Assembly: GCA_964365465.1 (NCBI GenBank) | Contig: CAYIPT010000001.1 | Location: forward strand, 1 to 57,309 | Reading direction: 5' to 3' | Origin: an uncultured Candidatus Saccharibacteria bacterium | GTDB lineage: Bacteria > Patescibacteriota > Minisyncoccia > Phycocordibacterales > WO2-35-19 | DNA length: 57,309 nt | Shown here: piece after piece, positions 54,163-57,309 of the stretch | How the letters are laid out: every line of letters starts with the position of its first letter | How positions within the stretch are numbered: the first letter of the stretch is position 1 | The notes under the pieces: generated by a model | The model's database searches: none | The model's input: the letters and a program-made list of their open reading frames with translations, nothing else | Told to the model about the DNA's origin: nothing | Program-made: the position numbers and the translations under genes

Positions 54163-55280
54163 ATTATTTCAATAATTTCATTTTTGGCTTCTTCTTTATT
54201 TACGGCTCTGGCATAGGAATATTGACTCATCAAAATACCGATGCCTAAAAATTCAGCCAACATATGGGAACCGCCATAGCTCATAAATGGCATTGTAATG
54301 CCCGTAACCGGAAGCAATCCAACATTCATGCCGACATGAATAACAAAATGAAAAAAGAGAGCGGAGCAAAGGCCCAAACCGTAGAGAGTTTCAAAGTTGG
54401 TGGCCCCTCTTTTGGCAATATAAATTATTCTCCAAAAAATCAACCCATACAAACCAAAAATAATAATCACCCCAATCAAACCCCATTCCTCGCTGAAAGC
54501 GGCAAAAATAAAATCGGTTTCGTACTCGGGCAAAAATTTCAATTTTGACTGACTGCCGAGCCCCACTCCCTTTCCCCAAATTTCTCCTGAGCCAATCGCT
54601 ATCATGGACTGGTAGGCATTGTAGCCCGATCCGCGAATATCGGTTAAAGGGTGGATAAAAGAGATGATTCTGGCTTTTTGGTAGTTCTTAAAAACAAAAA
54701 ACCATAGCCCAACGAAAGTTAAAGCGCCTATGAGCAAAACCGCCATTAAATGTTTCTTTGATATGCCTGAAAACAAAACCATGGCCAACCAGATGAGAAA
54801 GATTATAATGGCCGAGCCAAAATCCGGCTGCAGGAAAACCAAAATAAAAAGTATGGAAGTATAAAATCCAGAAGTCAGAATATGTTTTATGTTGGCTATT
54901 TCCATGTGCCTCCTGGAAAAATATTTGGCCAGAAGCAATACTAAAGCTATTTTAACAAAATCAACTGGCTGAAAAGAAAAAGCTCCCAAATCAAACCAGC
55001 TCTGGGCGCCCTTGAAAATGGCGCCGGCAATAAATAAAAACAAAAGAATGAGGCATGAAATTATAAACAAAATGATGATGGAACCGCTTCTCCTGAGAAA
55101 CCGCCAATCAATCAGGCTGGCGCCGAACAAGGCAACTATTGATACTAAAAACCAAATGGTTTGCTTAAAAAATAGACCCCTTTCTTCGATAAAAGAATTC
55201 ATTGTCAAAATACCCGTAACCGATATGAAAAAAATGGCCCCCAAAAGCAACCAATCAATATTTTTAATTAATCGTGCCAA
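54156..55280 (-). CDS. FtsW/RodA/SpoVE-family (SEDS) peptidoglycan glycosyltransferase
   Basis: QPDFGSAII, GYNAYQSMIAIGSGEIWGKGVG, PEYETDFIFAAFSEEWG and MSYGGS. Confidence 0.85.
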   Translation of the reverse strand: MARLIKNIDWLLLGAIFFISVTGILTMNSFIEERGLFFKQTIWFLVSIVALFGASLIDWRFLRRSGSIIILFIISCLILLFLFIAGAIFKGAQSWFDLGAFSFQPVDFVKIALVLLLAKYFSRRHMEIANIKHILTSGFYTSILFILVFLQPDFGSAIIIFLIWLAMVLFSGISKKHLMAVLLIGALTFVGLWFFVFKNYQKARIISFIHPLTDIRGSGYNAYQSMIAIGSGEIWGKGVGLGSQSKLKFLPEYETDFIFAAFSEEWGLIGVIIIFGLYGLIFWRIIYIAKRGATNFETLYGLGLCSALFFHFVIHVGMNVGLLPVTGITMPFMSYGGSHMLAEFLGIGILMSQYSYARAVNKEEAKNEIIEIIQ

Positions 55281-56703
55281 ATATTTTATAAGTTATTTCT
55301 ATTCTTGCCGGCATTTCCTTGCACATATCGGATGATATATTTTTGTAGATGATCTCTAAATTTGAAGCGGTTGGAGCAAAAAAGTAATTATCTTCTTTAG
55401 AAACAATGGCCTTCAAAAAGGACTCGTTTATTTTATCCCCTAGACCAATAGCATATATAGTGAGACCTTCTTTTTTTATATTTACAGATTCTTTTAGAGC
55501 TAAATCTTCTGCATATTTTATATCTTCCGCTTCAGTTTTTCCTTGCGGATTTTTAGGATTATTAGCCACCCCATCGGTTAGAAGGATAATAATTTTTGAG
55601 CCATCATCTTCAGATCTTACAGAAACGAGCTCTTGCCAAGCAGAATGTAAAGCCTCATATATGTTTGTATATTGAATGCTACCAGGTTTGATATTAATGG
55701 ATTCAACTGCTTTTTGAGCTAAATCAAAATTAGAAGTAAGAGCTAAGCCAACTTCAGGAGCAGTAATTGATGTTTCCATTGGATCTGGAGCCCTAGTGGC
55801 AAAAGAAATAACTCCGATTTTATCTTTTACACCAAGTTGCTTAATAAAGGAGATGGCGGCTTCTTTGGCATCAGAAAGGGGTTGCGGTGGATTTGAACCC
55901 AACGATGCCATTGATCCCGATTGATCCAAGAGAAGCATTATGTCCGAAGATTTTTCACATATCCTAGTACCCAGTTCAAATGGTTTCGGCCAGGTGAAAA
56001 ACACATCGGTATTTTCATTTTTTTTAAGTTTTTCTATAAATGTCCTGGAGGCCGCTATGGCATTATCAGACCCGTCAAAAATAGCTATGATTAATTCAAT
56101 ATTTTTGATTTCTTCAATGCCATTATTTTTCACGCTGGCTTCAACTTTCGGACCACTGTCCAGTTCCAAAAGAGGGCTGTGAGTTATGCTTAGATTATCT
56201 CTTGCTTCTTCATTTTTCTTCCAGACAATATTATTGCCAAGTTCAAAAATAGCTCTTTTTGGTTTTACTCCATTTTTGGAAACAATGTTTCCCTCAAAAA
56301 TTCCGATTGTTTTATTTTTGGGCAAAATAGTAGCCCCTTTTCTTTCTTCCAAAACATTATTCTTGGAATCATAGATAGTAAAAGTATAAGGAGCATAAAC
56401 AGCATCAATATTAGTATTTGGATTTTCAACGTAAACCAAAATGCTCCAAAGCCCCGACGAAACTTCAAACAGGCGGGGATCCCATCTGATTATAGGCCCC
56501 ATAGCTCCACTGTCGCAAACCAGAGAGCATGATCCGCCACAATCAACACCCGTTTCATCTCCACTCTTAAGACCATCGTTGCAAGTTGGAACTGCATACC
56601 AAAATTTCCAAAATATGGCAAAAGAAATTCCCGATAGTATTAAAACCATCGCTCCTAAATAAATCGCTTTTCTCCGAGATGCCCACGGACTCATTTCATT
56701 CAT
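55264..56703 (-). CDS. Membrane-anchored von Willebrand factor A domain protein with an N-terminal Cys-rich module
   Basis: TM anchor; CNDGLKSGDETGVDCGGSCSLVC; the MIDAS motif LLLDQSGSM; ILLTDG. TATACT lies 6 nt before the ATG. Confidence 0.75.
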   Translation of the reverse strand: MNEMSPWASRRKAIYLGAMVLILSGISFAIFWKFWYAVPTCNDGLKSGDETGVDCGGSCSLVCDSGAMGPIIRWDPRLFEVSSGLWSILVYVENPNTNIDAVYAPYTFTIYDSKNNVLEERKGATILPKNKTIGIFEGNIVSKNGVKPKRAIFELGNNIVWKKNEEARDNLSITHSPLLELDSGPKVEASVKNNGIEEIKNIELIIAIFDGSDNAIAASRTFIEKLKKNENTDVFFTWPKPFELGTRICEKSSDIMLLLDQSGSMASLGSNPPQPLSDAKEAAISFIKQLGVKDKIGVISFATRAPDPMETSITAPEVGLALTSNFDLAQKAVESINIKPGSIQYTNIYEALHSAWQELVSVRSEDDGSKIIILLTDGVANNPKNPQGKTEAEDIKYAEDLALKESVNIKKEGLTIYAIGLGDKINESFLKAIVSKEDNYFFAPTASNLEIIYKNISSDMCKEMPARIEITYKIFGTIN

Positions 56704-56799
56704 CCGTTAAGTATAAAATAGAAAATGAAAAGTATAAAGGCAGCTAATATCAACATCTTCACTATACCCTTTTATCTCATTATGTGATATTTTTAAAGT

Positions 56800-57204
56800 G
56801 TGAAAAAGAAAATTCTTATATCAGGCATGGTTTTCGTTATATTAATATCGGTTGTATGGTTTCTTTCTCTTTGGAGTTTTCTACCAACTATTATCAAACC
56901 AACTATCAAAATTATTAGTCCCAAAGATGAAATTACAATTTCTTTAGGCGATACTGTAAATTTTGAAACGAAAGTTATAGGTCATTTTAGTTATGGCAAT
57001 GATGTAAGTTTTGTAAATGAAGGAAATCTGAACGAAAGGTATTACGGTACTCGTAATTCAGACAAAACAATTCATTCAATACGTTTTGATAGAATAGGAA
57101 TATATAAAATAGTTGCTGTCGGAAGGAATTCTGAAATACTTGGGGGATCTAAAGTTGTAGCGAAATCTAATTCTGTTACAATAACTGTAGTAAATCGTCA
57201 GTAA
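56800..57204 (+). CDS. Hypothetical membrane-anchored beta-sandwich-like protein
   Basis: GTG start and an N-terminal hydrophobic anchor. The remainder is beta-rich (ITISLGDTVNFETKV, IYKIVAVG, VTITVV). Confidence 0.5.
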   Translation: MKKKILISGMVFVILISVVWFLSLWSFLPTIIKPTIKIISPKDEITISLGDTVNFETKVIGHFSYGNDVSFVNEGNLNERYYGTRNSDKTIHSIRFDRIGIYKIVAVGRNSEILGGSKVVAKSNSVTITVVNRQ

Positions 57205-57220
57205 AAAGTTGAGAACTCTG

Positions 57221-57309
57221 TGCTGGCGGCTACCTACTCTCCCCTTGCGAGTACCATCGGCACTACCGGGCTTAACTTCCGTGTTCGGAATGAGAACGGG
57301 TGTGACCCC
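57221..57309 (-). rRNA. rrf: 5S rRNA, 3-prime ~89 nt (5-prime end lies beyond the window)
   Basis: The reverse complement reads GGGGTCACACCCGTTCTCATTCCGAACACGGAAGTTAAGCCCGGTAGTGCCGATGGTACTCGCAAGGGGAGAGTAGGTAGCCGCCAGCA. It carries the universal CCGAAC, GAAGTNAA, GCCGATGGTA and GAGAGTAGG blocks. Confidence 0.95.

Noticed and set aside
849-56662. Many 60-160-aa ORFs in the track lie antisense to, or out of frame within, long well-supported genes. Examples: 2945..3373, 8037..8387, 9226..9576, 20719..21006, 30496..30882, 31956..32357, 41751..42236, 43481..44010, 46258..47148 and 47233..47697.
   Set aside because: They overlap genes with clear family motifs, have odd amino-acid composition, and lack promoters or SD sites. 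In the high-GC island, long antisense ORFs are expected from composition alone.
1-57309. Search for CRISPR arrays, transposases, integrases, tRNA genes and prophage genes.
   Set aside because: No spaced direct-repeat array, DDE or tyrosine-recombinase motif, or cloverleaf-like sequence was seen in any intergenic region. The Cas2-like domain at 51783..52361 is better explained as PaaX-like.

Overview
The window looks like a low-GC, small-genome bacterium. The style suggests CPR/Patescibacteria: short intergenic gaps, very many glycosyltransferases, and a TraD/VirD4-like ATPase. That taxonomic call is inference only.

About 45 kb is one large cell-surface glycan locus. It contains:
- a pseudaminic acid pathway (pseB, pseC, pseH, pseI, pseF) plus an acetamidino-forming trio (PP-loop N-acetyl sugar amidotransferase with HisH-like and HisF-like subunits);
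- an MsbA/PglK-like ABC exporter and a KpsC/KpsS-like protein;
- seven GT4 and four GT2 glycosyltransferases, and four or five polytopic GT-C/O-antigen-ligase-like membrane proteins;
- three SAM methyltransferases plus a methyltransferase domain fused to one GT2, two B12-binding radical SAM enzymes, a small ferredoxin, an FdtA-like ketoisomerase and an SDR;
- a WbaP-like initiating phosphoglycosyltransferase.

Housekeeping genes (secD, secF, an FtsW/RodA-family gene, a vWA protein) and a partial 5S rRNA occupy the right end.

Features not explained by ordinary annotation:
1. A family of GC-rich hairpin repeats ending in GGGGTGAGG-like tails sits at operon boundaries and sometimes inside coding sequence.
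2. Two classes of transcription unit coexist. Many AT-rich genes have a -10 box only 5-7 nt from the start codon, so they look leaderless. Several higher-GC single genes each carry a TTGACx-N16/17-TAxxxT promoter, a strong Shine-Dalgarno site and a hairpin terminator.
3. A higher-GC two-gene island of unknown function is bracketed by the repeats.
4. A minimal PaaX-like (wHTH plus Cas2-like domain) protein lies directly upstream of a promoter/small-ORF/terminator leader that precedes the initiating sugar transferase. A near-identical copy of that promoter drives a second small-protein cassette.
5. Tandem repeats with 7- or 8-bp units lie inside two adjacent GT4 genes.

No CRISPR array, transposase, integrase or tRNA was recognised. 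All coordinates outside the ORF track were hand-counted and may be off by 1 nt.
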